Shown: one piece after another, positions 8,768 through 19,567 of the stretch | How positions within the stretch are numbered: position 1 is the stretch's first letter | How the letters are laid out: each line of letters starts with the position of its first letter | NCBI GenBank assembly: GCA_964508895.1 | Contig: CAZDWF010000003.1 | Span: forward strand, 1 to 63,217 | Source of the DNA: an uncultured Bacteroidales bacterium | GTDB lineage: Bacteria; Bacteroidota; Bacteroidia; Bacteroidales; B18-G4 | Length of the DNA: 63,217 nucleotides | Reading direction: 5' to 3' | Position numbers and translations under genes: made by a program | The notes under the pieces: model-generated | Database searches by the model: none | The model's input: the letters and a program-made list of their open reading frames with translations, nothing else | Told to the model about the DNA's origin: nothing

Positions 8768-10117
8768 ATGGAACTAACAACAGTAAGTGCCGTTTCCCCA
8801 GTTGATGGCAGGTACCACAAACAAACCGAAACCCTCTCCTATTATTTTTCAGAAGCAGCTTTTATCAATTACAGGGTTTTTGTGGAAATAGAATATTTTA
8901 TCGCTCTTTGTGAATTACCACTTCCTGAATTGAAGGATTTTGACTTATTCAGGATAGATGAATTAAGAGCTATAAGCAGGAATTTTACATTTAAAGATGC
9001 TACAGAAGTTAAGGAGATTGAGAAGATTACCAATCACGATGTAAAAGCTGTTGAATATTATCTGAAAAAGAAATTTGATAAACTGGGATTAAAAGATTAC
9101 AAGGAATTTATTCATTTCGGATTAACTTCCCAGGATGTTACAAATACAGCAATCCCATATTCTATGAAGTTATGTTTTAATGATGTGCTTCTGCCTATGT
9201 TCAAAGAACTTCTTAAAAAGATCACACAAAAATCCAAAGACTGGAAAAATATCCCTATGCTTGCCCGTACCCACGGACAACCAGCATCTCCTACCATACT
9301 TGGCAAAGAAGTTTTTGTATTTGCTGAAAGGTTCAAAAACCAGCTTGGAATGCTTCAAACATTACCATTCTCAGCCAAATTCGGTGGCGCTACAGGAAAT
9401 TTTAACGCCCATCATGTTGCCTATCCTTCAATCGACTGGCTTGAATTTTCAAATAACTTCATAAATGACCTTGGATTGAAAAGGTCAGCAACTACAACAC
9501 AAATTGAACACTATGATAGTCTTTCTGCTATTTTCGATAACCTTAAAAGAATAAATACTATTCTGATTGATTTTACCAGGGACCTCTGGACATATATCTC
9601 TATGGATTACTTCAAACAGGCAATAAAAGAAGGTGAGGTGGGATCATCCACTATGCCTCATAAAGTAAATCCAATAGATTTTGAAAATGCTGAAGGAAAC
9701 CTGGGTATAGCCAATGCTTTATATGATTATCTATCAGCCAAACTTCCTGTATCACGTTTACAAAGAGACCTCACAGATTCCACTGTTATCAGGAATATTG
9801 GAGTACCTATTGCTCATACACTTATTGCAATAAAATCAATTGTAAAAGGACTTAATAAATTGGTACTTAACGAGGAGAAGATCGATGAAGACCTGGAAAA
9901 AAACTGGGCTGTTGTTGCTGAAGCTATTCAAACAATATTAAGACGGGAAAAATTTCCAAACCCTTATGAGCAACTTAAGGAATTTACACGCGTGAATAAA
10001 GTAATCGATAAAATAAGCATCCATGCTTTTATTGATAAACTCAAAGTTTCTAAAGAGCTTAAAGAAGAACTTAAAAAGATTACTCCTCAAAATTATACAG
10101 GAATAAAACTTATTTAA
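8768..10117 (+). CDS. purB: Adenylosuccinate lyase
   Basis: N-terminal SPVDGRY motif and fumarate-lyase signature SSTMPHKVNP; 449 aa. Confidence 0.9.
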   Translation: MELTTVSAVSPVDGRYHKQTETLSYYFSEAAFINYRVFVEIEYFIALCELPLPELKDFDLFRIDELRAISRNFTFKDATEVKEIEKITNHDVKAVEYYLKKKFDKLGLKDYKEFIHFGLTSQDVTNTAIPYSMKLCFNDVLLPMFKELLKKITQKSKDWKNIPMLARTHGQPASPTILGKEVFVFAERFKNQLGMLQTLPFSAKFGGATGNFNAHHVAYPSIDWLEFSNNFINDLGLKRSATTTQIEHYDSLSAIFDNLKRINTILIDFTRDLWTYISMDYFKQAIKEGEVGSSTMPHKVNPIDFENAEGNLGIANALYDYLSAKLPVSRLQRDLTDSTVIRNIGVPIAHTLIAIKSIVKGLNKLVLNEEKIDEDLEKNWAVVAEAIQTILRREKFPNPYEQLKEFTRVNKVIDKISIHAFIDKLKVSKELKEELKKITPQNYTGIKLI

Positions 10118-10121
10118 TAAA

Positions 10122-11942
10122 ATGAAGAGTTACCTCAGGATTTTGTCATATATAAAACCTTATTGGTTTTATGCAGTGTTGAACCTCTTTTTCAACCTCT
10201 GTGTAATCCTTTTCTCATTATTTACATTTGCCTTGCTGGCTCCATTCTTAAGCCTACTATTTGGCAAAACACAGCTGGTAACTGAAACACCAGAATTTGG
10301 TTTTAGTTCTGATGCCTTGATTGAATCCCTTAATTATTATCTCAGTAAAATAATTATTGAGCAAGGACAAATGGAAGCCTTGTTGGCTATTTGTTTGATT
10401 CTGCTTGCTTCTTTTTTCCTTAGGAACCTGGCAAGATTCCTGGCCATGTTCTATCTGGCTAATGTTCGTATTGGTGCAGTTAAGGATATGAGGAATGAGA
10501 TCTACAAGAAACTGCTGATTCTTCCACTTTCCTTTTTCTCCTCAAGGAAAAAGGGTGATATAATAGCTCGTATTACCAATGATGTGCAGGAAGTTGAATA
10601 TTCCATAATGAATTATATGGAGATGATCATCAGGGATCCCATCACTATTGTGATCTATTTTATCTTCCTGTTAAGTATCAGTCCAACACTTACTCTTTTT
10701 GTAATCATTGTTTTACCAGTGATAGGATATTTAATCGGTACTATTGGTAAAACTTTAAGAAAAAAATCGAAAATTGGACAGGCAAAGTATGCCGGGATGT
10801 TATCCACTATAGAGGAATCTATTTCAGGATTAAGGATTATAAAAGCATTTAATGCCATAAACTTCCTGGATAACAGGTTTAAAGATCAGAATGAATCCTA
10901 TGCAGGAGTTTCAAAGGGAATATACAGGAGAAGAGACCTCTCATCACCATTAAGTGAATTTCTATCATCACTGGGTATTATAGCAGTTCTATGGTTCGGA
11001 GGCCGTCTTGTACTTGGTGAAGGCTCTACTGTTACTGCGGAAATATTCATTCTTTATATCCTGATTTTTTCACAGATCATCCCTCCTGCTAAAACATTTG
11101 CTACAGGGTATTACAGTATTCAAAAAGGTATTGCTGCTGCAGACAGGGTATTTGAAATACTCAATGCAGAGGAGGTAATTATAGAGAAAAAGAATGCCAT
11201 TCCTTTAAAGGAATTCAATGAATCTGTTGAATATAAAAATGTAAACTTCAAATACGAGAATGAACCGGTGCTTAAAGATATTATATTGAAAATTAATAAG
11301 GGAAAGATAATTGCACTGGTCGGGCCATCAGGAGGTGGCAAGTCAACTATGGTTGATCTTTTACCCCGATTTTACGATGTAGTTAAGGGTGAGATACTTA
11401 TTGATGGAAATAATCTGAAAGACTATAAGATCAATGATATCAGAGCTCTGATGGGAATGGTTACACAAGAAAGCATTTTATTCAATGATACTATTTTCAA
11501 CAATATAGCTTTTGGAAAAGATGATGCAAAGGAAGAAGATGTTATAGAAGCTGCTAAGATTGCCAATGCACACGACTTTATCATGCAAACGGCTGAAGGA
11601 TATCAGACAAATATTGGAGATAGAGGCACTAAACTCTCAGGGGGACAAAAACAAAGGTTGTCCATTGCCAGGGCTGTTCTTAGAAATCCTCCGATATTGA
11701 TTCTGGATGAAGCCACCTCTGCTTTGGATACTGAATCAGAAAGACTTGTACAGGACGCACTGGCTAAAGTAATGAGTCACAGAACATCCATAGTAATTGC
11801 ACACAGGCTTTCAACGATTAAATTTGCTGATGAAATAATCGTAATACAAAAAGGTGAAATTGTGGAAAGAGGCAATCATGAAGAACTCATTAAGAAAAAT
11901 GGTATTTACAGAAAATTACATGACCTGCAAACCTTTGCTTAA
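10122..11942 (+). CDS. ABC exporter, fused permease/ATPase (MsbA-like)
   Basis: Six-TM exporter domain plus Walker A GPSGGGKST, signature LSGGQKQR and Walker B ILILDEATSALD. Confidence 0.85.
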   Translation: MKSYLRILSYIKPYWFYAVLNLFFNLCVILFSLFTFALLAPFLSLLFGKTQLVTETPEFGFSSDALIESLNYYLSKIIIEQGQMEALLAICLILLASFFLRNLARFLAMFYLANVRIGAVKDMRNEIYKKLLILPLSFFSSRKKGDIIARITNDVQEVEYSIMNYMEMIIRDPITIVIYFIFLLSISPTLTLFVIIVLPVIGYLIGTIGKTLRKKSKIGQAKYAGMLSTIEESISGLRIIKAFNAINFLDNRFKDQNESYAGVSKGIYRRRDLSSPLSEFLSSLGIIAVLWFGGRLVLGEGSTVTAEIFILYILIFSQIIPPAKTFATGYYSIQKGIAAADRVFEILNAEEVIIEKKNAIPLKEFNESVEYKNVNFKYENEPVLKDIILKINKGKIIALVGPSGGGKSTMVDLLPRFYDVVKGEILIDGNNLKDYKINDIRALMGMVTQESILFNDTIFNNIAFGKDDAKEEDVIEAAKIANAHDFIMQTAEGYQTNIGDRGTKLSGGQKQRLSIARAVLRNPPILILDEATSALDTESERLVQDALAKVMSHRTSIVIAHRLSTIKFADEIIVIQKGEIVERGNHEELIKKNGIYRKLHDLQTFA

Positions 11943-11977
11943 TATCCATTTTCCTGCTTCATTATTGATTAAATTCA

Positions 11978-11985
11978 TATTTTTG
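11978..11985 (+). promoter_or_regulatory. Bacteroidota -7 promoter box TATTTTTG
   Basis: Matches TAnnTTTG, 15 nt before the ATG at 12000 (short leader). Confidence 0.35.
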
Positions 11986-11999
11986 CAAAAAATTAATTT

Positions 12000-12473
12000 A
12001 TGGACCTGACTAAGATACTTGCCATTTCGGGGAAACCAGGATTGTTTAAGATGTTATCACAAACAAAATCCGGTGCAATTGTTGAATCACTAATTGATGG
12101 AAAAAGATTTCCTGTTTTTGCCCATGAAAGGATCAGTTCTCTGGAAGAGATCAGCATTTTTACTGAAACAGATGATGTTCCTTTAAAAGATGTTTTAAAA
12201 AATATTTATGAAAATACTGAAGGAAAAGCCACTCAGGATTTCAAAGGAAACGCTGATGAAATAGCTGCGTATTTTGAAGAGATTCTACCTGATTACGATA
12301 AAGACAGGGTGTATAAATCTGACATGAAGAAAGTAATATCATGGTATAACATGCTGCTGGAAAAGGAATTACTTGACTTTACTGAAGAGGAAGAAGAATC
12401 TAAAGAGGATGAAAAAGCAGAAGATACTGCTGAGGATAAAAAAGAGAATACTGAAGAAGAAAAAACTGAATAA
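12000..12473 (+). CDS. DUF5606 domain protein with acidic C-terminal tail
   Basis: N-terminus ILAISGKPGLFKMLSQTKSGAIVESLIDGKRFPV matches my recollection of DUF5606; E/K-rich tail. Confidence 0.6.
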   Translation: MDLTKILAISGKPGLFKMLSQTKSGAIVESLIDGKRFPVFAHERISSLEEISIFTETDDVPLKDVLKNIYENTEGKATQDFKGNADEIAAYFEEILPDYDKDRVYKSDMKKVISWYNMLLEKELLDFTEEEEESKEDEKAEDTAEDKKENTEEEKTE

Positions 12474-12480
12474 TTTTATG

Positions 12481-12504
12481 GTCCCGATTACGGGACTTTT
12501 TTTT
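12481..12504 (+). terminator. Rho-independent terminator
   Basis: GTCCCG-ATTA-CGGGAC hairpin followed by 8 T. Confidence 0.75.
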
Positions 12505-12515
12505 AACAAACTTAC

Positions 12516-13283
12516 ATGAAAATAATCCAGGATTTCACAGTAAAGAATATAGAGTGGCTCAATGAAGAGAACTACATTATTGAGTTTCAGTCCGACAAAG
12601 AAATCCCGGAACTGAAACCTGGAAATTTTGCAGAAGTCGAGATCAGCAATAGCAAAGATGTTTTCCTTCGCAGGCCCTTTTCAATTTTTGATTTTAATAA
12701 ATATGAAAAAAGCATCACCTTTTTTATTAAAGTAATAGGTAAAGGAACCAAGGCTTTGGGACTGATGAATAAGGGAGAAAGAACAAGCATCATTTACCCG
12801 CTTGGAAACTCATTTGGTTTAGTTAACGAAGGACAAGTACTTTTAGTGGGTGGTGGTTCTGGTGTTGCTCCATTTTTATCTCTTGGAAGAGAATTAAAAG
12901 ATAAGGGAGCTAAAGTAGTATATCTGATTGGTGGTAAAAGTGAAAAAGACATATTATTTTATGACATTTTGAGCCAGTTTGGAGAAGTACTGGTTACTAC
13001 AGAAGATGGTACTATGGGTATAAAAGGCATGGTAACAGATCATCCTGTATTAAAAGAAGATATTGCAGAATTTAAGAAAATCTATACTTGTGGTCCTGAC
13101 CCAATGATGAAAGCAATTTCTGCTTTAGCCATGAAAAAAAACATAGAATGTGAAGCAAGCCTGGAAAACATGATGGCTTGTGGTATTGGTGCTTGCCTGT
13201 GTTGTGTAACAGAAACGCATGAAGGCAATAAGTGTGTTTGTACAGAAGGACCTGTTTTTAACGTAAAAGATCTGGCATGGTAA
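12516..13283 (+). CDS. pyrK: Dihydroorotate dehydrogenase (class 1B) electron-transfer subunit
   Basis: Ferredoxin-reductase-like fold with C-terminal 2Fe-2S cysteine cluster (CGIGACLCC ... C); 7-nt overlap with pyrD. Confidence 0.85.
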   Translation: MKIIQDFTVKNIEWLNEENYIIEFQSDKEIPELKPGNFAEVEISNSKDVFLRRPFSIFDFNKYEKSITFFIKVIGKGTKALGLMNKGERTSIIYPLGNSFGLVNEGQVLLVGGGSGVAPFLSLGRELKDKGAKVVYLIGGKSEKDILFYDILSQFGEVLVTTEDGTMGIKGMVTDHPVLKEDIAEFKKIYTCGPDPMMKAISALAMKKNIECEASLENMMACGIGACLCCVTETHEGNKCVCTEGPVFNVKDLAW

Positions 13284-14191
13284 ACCTTAAAGTAAAAATC
13301 AAAGAACTGGAATTTAAAAATCCGGTTACCACCGCTTCCGGAACTTTTGGTTACGGAGAAGAGTTCACTGATTTTATCGACTTAAATGAAATAGGTGGAA
13401 TATTCGTAAAAGGATTAACACTTCATAATCGGGAAGGAAATGCATATCCCAGGATGGCAGAAACTGCATCAGGAATGCTTAATTCAGTAGGACTTCAAAA
13501 CAAAGGAATAGATGATTTTATTAACAATATCTTTCCCAGGATTAAAGATATTGACACACAAATAATTGCAAATGTAAATGGGAGTACAATAGAAGATTAT
13601 ATTGCTGTAAGCGAAAAGCTTAATGAGTTGGAGGGGATGGATGCTATTGAATTAAACATATCCTGCCCAAATGTTAAAGAAGGTGGTATGGCTTTTGGTA
13701 TCAATCCAAAAACTGCACGAGAGGCAACTGCAGAAGTTAGAAAGGTATATAAGAAAACTCTCATTGTAAAACTATCACCAAATGTAACAGATATTGCCAT
13801 GATGGCAAAAATTGTAGAAGATGAAGGTGCAGATGCTGTATCCCTTGTAAATACATTCCTTGGTATGGCAATAGATGCAAACACAAGAAAACCAATTCTT
13901 TCTACAATAACAGGAGGCTTATCTGGTCCTTGTATAAAACCCCTTGCATTAAGAATGGTATGGCAGGTCTATAATGCTGTAAACATTCCCGTGATAGGAT
14001 TGGGAGGTATTATGAATGCAACTGATGCATTGGAATTTATACTTGCAGGATCTTCAGCAATTCAAATAGGTACAGCCAATTTTATTGACCCAAAGGTCTC
14101 AATAAAAGTTCTTAAAGGAATAAAAGATTATTGTAAGCAGAATAATATCAGTGATATCAACGACCTGGTCGGTGCAATGATTGTAAGTTAG
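13277..14191 (+). CDS. pyrD: Dihydroorotate dehydrogenase (class 1B) catalytic subunit
   Basis: Motifs [17 protein letters not shown] and TGGLSGP. Confidence 0.9.
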   Translation: MVNLKVKIKELEFKNPVTTASGTFGYGEEFTDFIDLNEIGGIFVKGLTLHNREGNAYPRMAETASGMLNSVGLQNKGIDDFINNIFPRIKDIDTQIIANVNGSTIEDYIAVSEKLNELEGMDAIELNISCPNVKEGGMAFGINPKTAREATAEVRKVYKKTLIVKLSPNVTDIAMMAKIVEDEGADAVSLVNTFLGMAIDANTRKPILSTITGGLSGPCIKPLALRMVWQVYNAVNIPVIGLGGIMNATDALEFILAGSSAIQIGTANFIDPKVSIKVLKGIKDYCKQNNISDINDLVGAMIVS

Positions 14192-14201
14192 CTTTTAGCT
14201 C

Positions 14202-14552
14202 TTAGAAGTCTTTTATCAATCCTGAAACTTCGTGCGCAATGGTCTGATTATATTCAAAAGCCAGGTCCTGGTAGTTGATAAGGTCAATAATAGTACCTAT
14301 GAGGCAGAGTCCGCCAGTAAAAAGATAAAGAATACCCATACCGATCTGTCCAACCATAAATCTCTGAACTCCAGCAACCACAACAAAACCAAGTAAGGTT
14401 GTAAGAAGAATTATCTGAGGATCCCTCCTTCTAACCCGATAGATATTTGCAAAGTTTTGTAGTTTGTCATCAGAGAGATCTTTTGTAAGGCTCTGTACAA
14501 GTGCAAGTTCACGTCCTTGCAATTCAGGTAAAAATTGAAAGATATTTGCCAT
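14202..14552 (-). CDS. TM2 domain-containing membrane protein
   Basis: Two-TM core GVQRFMVGQIGMGILYLFTGGLCLIG, typical of TM2 domains. Confidence 0.65.
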   Translation of the reverse strand: MANIFQFLPELQGRELALVQSLTKDLSDDKLQNFANIYRVRRRDPQIILLTTLLGFVVVAGVQRFMVGQIGMGILYLFTGGLCLIGTIIDLINYQDLAFEYNQTIAHEVSGLIKDF

Positions 14553-14553
14553 T

Positions 14554-14871
14554 TTATTTGGGATTTAATATATATTTTGTTTTAAAATATTTTACAAATA
14601 TGCTTACGGATCTTAGTATGAGCATAAACACTGCAAACATGCCCAATGGATGTGCATTGAATGAATTCACCACATCTCCCCTGAACAAATATGATATGGA
14701 GTGGCCCAGACCACAACCCGGACAAAAACCTAATCCCAGTGCATTGAATGGACATAAAGAACCATGATCACAGGAAGGTTCCATAAAGGCGAGCAATACA
14801 AGGGCTGTAATCCAGATTATAGCTTCCAGGTTAAATCGAGAAAACCGAATTAGTTTTTTAATAGTTATCAT
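14554..14871 (-). CDS. DUF2752 domain-containing protein
   Basis: Cysteine motif CPFNALGLGFCPGCGLGH; 1-nt gap to the TM2 gene. Confidence 0.65.
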   Translation of the reverse strand: MITIKKLIRFSRFNLEAIIWITALVLLAFMEPSCDHGSLCPFNALGLGFCPGCGLGHSISYLFRGDVVNSFNAHPLGMFAVFMLILRSVSIFVKYFKTKYILNPK

Positions 14872-14992
14872 ATAGAGTTAATGCTCTATTACAAATATAA
14901 GGATAATGAGTTGAGAATTCAAGAAAGTATTGAGAATATGAACTTGTACATTTCTATAATACTGTCCCATCTGAGAATTCTTAAAGAAAGCA

Positions 14993-16864
14993 TCACTTAA
15001 ACTTTACAATAACCTCTTTTAACTTCATCCGCATGCTATCGATGTAATCGTGCCAATAACTCTCAGTCACTTTGTAATTAGTGAAATATGGAGAAAGAAC
15101 ACAAGCTCTCATCACTCTTAATTCATGTACTTTATCCCATTCCTCTTTGGGTATTCCTAATCGCCTGGCAATATCAACAGGTGCATCTTTATAATCTTCA
15201 TAAGAGAACTCAGTATGTGATGTAATAAAATCATTTTTAAACACCGGGCCTGCAACGTAAGAACTCAGATTATAAATTTCAAGGTTGATCTGGTTCATTT
15301 TAGCCAGATCGGTATTTCCTTCAATATTAAAAGCAAAATCGACCATATTAAAATCAGGTTGAACAAGAGCCTCTAATTTAACACCCACACCATCAATATT
15401 AAATGATCTAACTGTTTGTATTTTATTATATAATCTCTTTGCACCTTCAATGCTTGCACCTATAAGTTTTCCATATCCGGTAATATTAAGAGGCAATATT
15501 CTGTGCGCTGCCCATACACTTGCTGCTGTAGCTCCTGCCTTAGAGCCTTCCATAATATAACTTCCGAGCAGGGAAGGTACATCTGTGCCTTTTTCAAAAA
15601 CATAAGCTGCAAAGAATGAAATTGCATCAAGCATGCGTTTGTCGCTGATAACAATACCTCCAGCTGAATAAGGAACATATCCCATCTTATGTGGATCGAT
15701 GGTTATTGAGTTAGTCTGTGACATTGCTTTAAATGCATTGTAGACATCTATTTTTGGCCACTCAATATCATCCTGTTTAATGATCCCATCTTCATGTAGT
15801 CTATCCTTTAATTCATCATAAGGTATAAACTCGCTATCTTCATCCAGGAAAATAGAGCGGGCATATCCACCATAAGCGGCATCTGCATGTACATAAAATG
15901 AAACACCTTCTTTTTCAAACTCTTCTCTTAATGCAATTATTTTATCCATGTGATCAATGGCACCCTCTTCAGTACTGCCCATAACACCCACAATACCCAT
16001 AATCGGAATTTTCTTTTCAGCAAGTTCGGTAATTGTTTTACGAAGGACATCAATATCCATTCTGTAATTGTCATCTACCTGAATTGATATTATATTGTTC
16101 AAGCCAATTCCCATAATATCAACACCTTTCACCCATGAGTAATGCTTTGTTTGTGGTACAATCCATTTACCCAATTGATTTTCTATTACTCCTGTTCCCC
16201 TAACTGAATTATCACGGATCTCATCCCAAACATCTTTTACTTTAGCAGCCAGATCAAGGATGTCAGGTACAGACATATTAGCAAGCTGCCATTCACTCAT
16301 GCCTTTGACGAGTTCAGGTTTTACTTTTTTAACAGCAAATGGTATAGACTTTATATTGCGAGCATACCATAAAGCTTCAATATTTGCTATACTACCATCT
16401 GTACAAATATGGCCCCAGGCCTTATTAAGATCATAACCCATCAGTTTTGCAAAATCCATACCCACTTCAAGCTCCAATGGAGAAGTTGCAGTGGATGCTT
16501 CATAAGCAACATTATTTGGATTATATAACATTGCTGCAACATATGCCATTACTGATGGCATTAAAATATCCGCATTCATATGCCCAAGGTAGCGGGGAGA
16601 ATGCCAGGGCATTGATGTTAATTTCAATTTCGAACATAATTTCTGAAGCACTTCAACAGTTTTTTGTTCTGTTTCTCTAAAATCTTTTTGATTCTGGTTG
16701 TCCATGGTTATGATAGGATCATCTTCAGGATGAAAATCTTTTCTCCAGAACAAATGCTCATTAATAAGCTCAGTAATTGTTTCTTTCAAAAATCTTCCGT
16801 TTTCTGATTTCGGGCCTAAAAACAATGCATCGATATTAATTTCTTTATTTGTATTATCTTTCAT
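14993..16864 (-). CDS. Long-form group II PLP-dependent decarboxylase, tyrosine decarboxylase (TDC) family
   Basis: 623 aa. Extended similarity, from memory, to Enterococcus/Lactobacillus TDC (LFLGPKSENG, MPWHSPRYLGHMN, VPQTKHYSW, GSTEEGAID, HADAAYGGY). PLP-lysine motif DPHKMGY is present. Confidence 0.8.
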   Translation of the reverse strand: MKDNTNKEINIDALFLGPKSENGRFLKETITELINEHLFWRKDFHPEDDPIITMDNQNQKDFRETEQKTVEVLQKLCSKLKLTSMPWHSPRYLGHMNADILMPSVMAYVAAMLYNPNNVAYEASTATSPLELEVGMDFAKLMGYDLNKAWGHICTDGSIANIEALWYARNIKSIPFAVKKVKPELVKGMSEWQLANMSVPDILDLAAKVKDVWDEIRDNSVRGTGVIENQLGKWIVPQTKHYSWVKGVDIMGIGLNNIISIQVDDNYRMDIDVLRKTITELAEKKIPIMGIVGVMGSTEEGAIDHMDKIIALREEFEKEGVSFYVHADAAYGGYARSIFLDEDSEFIPYDELKDRLHEDGIIKQDDIEWPKIDVYNAFKAMSQTNSITIDPHKMGYVPYSAGGIVISDKRMLDAISFFAAYVFEKGTDVPSLLGSYIMEGSKAGATAASVWAAHRILPLNITGYGKLIGASIEGAKRLYNKIQTVRSFNIDGVGVKLEALVQPDFNMVDFAFNIEGNTDLAKMNQINLEIYNLSSYVAGPVFKNDFITSHTEFSYEDYKDAPVDIARRLGIPKEEWDKVHELRVMRACVLSPYFTNYKVTESYWHDYIDSMRMKLKEVIVKFK

Positions 16865-16929
16865 ATCTATATTATTATTTTTGAATTATTATATATGTCC
16901 TTTTTGCACTAAGTATTATTAAAAAGCTA

Positions 16930-18345
16930 TTAATCCTCAATATCTGCATCTTCAGCTTTCCATGAGGGTTTTCTCATGGAATAAATGATAATTGGAATGA
17001 TCAAGAAGATCAGCAATCCTCCTAATTGGAATATCACATAAAAAGTTGGACTACCAATACTTAAACTTTCAGGAGGTATCACGCTAACTATTATAGTAAA
17101 TACCATACCAATTAATCCTAAGCCAGCAACTAACCATATACCCAGTTTTCCACCAGGGATAGTATATGCTCTTTTCACATCAGGATATTTATACCGAAGT
17201 TTGATGCCAGAAGCATACATTAATATATACATAATGGCATATAGTATCGTTGTTAGGATGAGGACCATAAAGAAACCTGCATTAACTGAAGGAACAACAA
17301 CATAAAGGAGAGCTACAAGAGTAATAACTGTAGCCTGAACTAATAAGAACCTTACAGGAACTTCTTCCTTATTGGTTTTATGCCACCATTTTGGCATATA
17401 ACCATTTTTAGCAACCTGTAACATGGCTTTCGAAGGACCAAGCACCCACGTACTCAATTGTCCAAAAGCACCAATTCCTATCATTAAAGCCATTACCGGT
17501 TTTAACCATGCAAAACCTTCAGCTTCGAGAATCTTTGTAAAAGCCTGCATGATACCTGAAGCCAGGTTAATATCATTACGTGGTTCGGAAATTTCTATGG
17601 CAAAGGCACCAAATACATTCAAAGAAATCAACAAAATAGCTGCAATTAACATGGCCAGGGGGTAATTTCTTCTCACATTACTAACCTGATTGGCATGCAC
17701 GGATGAAACTTCAACACCTGCATATACAAAGATGAATCCGGCAAAGAGTGAAAGGTTGCCCATGCTGGTAAAATCAGGAATTGCTCTTTCCCATGAGAAT
17801 GGAGGAAGCTGTATAGGGTTACTCCCCATATAGTAAGCAATACCGAAAATCAAAATAAGAGCAAACGGGATCAACACACCAACAACAAATCCTACGGAAC
17901 TAATTATAGCTCCTGATCGGAGACCTTTGAAGTTAAGCAGTGTGACAATCCAATAGAGCACTATTATCACTGCAGCGATATAATAGTTATTGCTTGCCAA
18001 AGCAGGATCAAAAATATAGGCTATCATTGCTGCAATAAAAGAACCTATCATAACCATTCCGAAAAACATTTGTACCCAAAGCATCCAGGCACCAATAAAA
18101 GCTAATCGGTCACCAAATGCCAGTTTTATCCATTGATAAACACCACCGGCTTTTGGCCATCCGGTTGCCAGTTCAGCTGATAATAATGCAGTCGGTATCA
18201 GGAAGACGACAGCTGCAAGAACCATGAAAAAAACTTGTTGCCAACCTGTTTCGGCAAGTAAAGGAAGATTTCTGATACTCATAATGAATGCCAGGGTGAT
18301 CATTATGAGTTTGAAAAGATTAAGTGTAGTTTCTTTTTTACTCAT
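16930..18345 (-). CDS. APC-superfamily amino acid:amine antiporter (GadC/TyrP-like)
   Basis: About 12 TM helices. N-terminal region resembles glutamate:GABA / tyrosine:tyramine antiporters. Lies 65 nt upstream of the decarboxylase on the same strand. Confidence 0.7.
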   Translation of the reverse strand: MSKKETTLNLFKLIMITLAFIMSIRNLPLLAETGWQQVFFMVLAAVVFLIPTALLSAELATGWPKAGGVYQWIKLAFGDRLAFIGAWMLWVQMFFGMVMIGSFIAAMIAYIFDPALASNNYYIAAVIIVLYWIVTLLNFKGLRSGAIISSVGFVVGVLIPFALILIFGIAYYMGSNPIQLPPFSWERAIPDFTSMGNLSLFAGFIFVYAGVEVSSVHANQVSNVRRNYPLAMLIAAILLISLNVFGAFAIEISEPRNDINLASGIMQAFTKILEAEGFAWLKPVMALMIGIGAFGQLSTWVLGPSKAMLQVAKNGYMPKWWHKTNKEEVPVRFLLVQATVITLVALLYVVVPSVNAGFFMVLILTTILYAIMYILMYASGIKLRYKYPDVKRAYTIPGGKLGIWLVAGLGLIGMVFTIIVSVIPPESLSIGSPTFYVIFQLGGLLIFLIIPIIIYSMRKPSWKAEDADIED

Positions 18346-18441
18346 GTTATATGTTTATTGATGATGATTATTCTGATTAATTAGTAATAAAATATCAATT
18401 ATCATTTCTTTAGCTATATTAATACAAAATTTGTTCACTTC

Positions 18442-19458
18442 CTAAATAACTATAACTTCTCTCTCCAATAATACCCCAAACATATCTTTCACATTTTCAA
18501 TTATTATCTCGGAGAATTCCAGGATCTCTAAGCCATTAGCATTGCCATAATTTACAATTACCAATGCCTGATCTTTATGAATCCCCACATCACCAAGCCT
18601 GTATCCTTTTAAACCACACTGATTGATCAGCCACCCTGCAGCTAGTTTTATATTTCCATCTTCCTGTTGATAGCCAATAATGTCAGGATAATCAGTCTTA
18701 AGTGATTCAAATTTCACTAAACCGACAACAGGATTTTTAAAGAAACTACCCGCATTTTTTATTTCTTCGGGATCAGGAAGTTTACGCGAACGTATGGACC
18801 TTACTGCTTCAGAAATATCTTTTATAGTCAGGTCACTTATGTTCTTCCCTGATAGCTCTTTCTGCAGAGCTTCATAGGTGAGATTGATTATTGGGAATTT
18901 ATCCAGCATAAAATACACATCGGTAATAAGGCATTTGCCTTTTAATTCATTTTTGAATATGCTGTCTCTGTATCCAAAAAAACAATCAGGTTTTGATATG
19001 CTTATTCTTTCTCCTGTTTCAAGTTTAATACAATCAAGTTTAATAAAGCTTTCTTCCATCTCGGTGCCATAAGCACCAATATTTTGAATCGGGCTTGCTC
19101 CTACTTTTCCAGGGATCATACTAAGATTTTCAAGTCCTCCATAATTATTATCCAAACAATAATTTATTAAGTTATCCCAATCCTCCCCCGCAGCAACTCT
19201 GAGTATAACATCATTCTCATTTTCCTGATAAACATCAATCCCTCTGGTGTTTATCTTTACCACCATTCCATCATAATCACCTAAAAATAAAAGATTTGAA
19301 CCACCACCCAGTATTAACTTTTTCGAATTCTTAAATCCTGGAAAAGAAAAAAACTGATCATAATCCTCATTATTTTCAATTTCCACCATGTATCTTGCAA
19401 TAACATCAACACCAAATGTGTTATATTCTTTTAAAGAAATATTTTCCTGAATAATCAT
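18442..19458 (-). CDS. murB: UDP-N-acetylenolpyruvoylglucosamine reductase
   Basis: FAD-binding domain (LILGGGSNLLF) and C-terminal MurB segment (AAGWLINQCGLKG). Confidence 0.85.
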   Translation of the reverse strand: MIIQENISLKEYNTFGVDVIARYMVEIENNEDYDQFFSFPGFKNSKKLILGGGSNLLFLGDYDGMVVKINTRGIDVYQENENDVILRVAAGEDWDNLINYCLDNNYGGLENLSMIPGKVGASPIQNIGAYGTEMEESFIKLDCIKLETGERISISKPDCFFGYRDSIFKNELKGKCLITDVYFMLDKFPIINLTYEALQKELSGKNISDLTIKDISEAVRSIRSRKLPDPEEIKNAGSFFKNPVVGLVKFESLKTDYPDIIGYQQEDGNIKLAAGWLINQCGLKGYRLGDVGIHKDQALVIVNYGNANGLEILEFSEIIIENVKDMFGVLLEREVIVI

Positions 19459-19567
19459 AGCTATAGAATTATATCAAAGATATTTTATTTATTTAGGATT
19501 AAAAAGGAATCTTTAAAGCAGAAGTATTATTTTAGCCTGAATAATTTATTAAGCAAAGATAGAAGTA

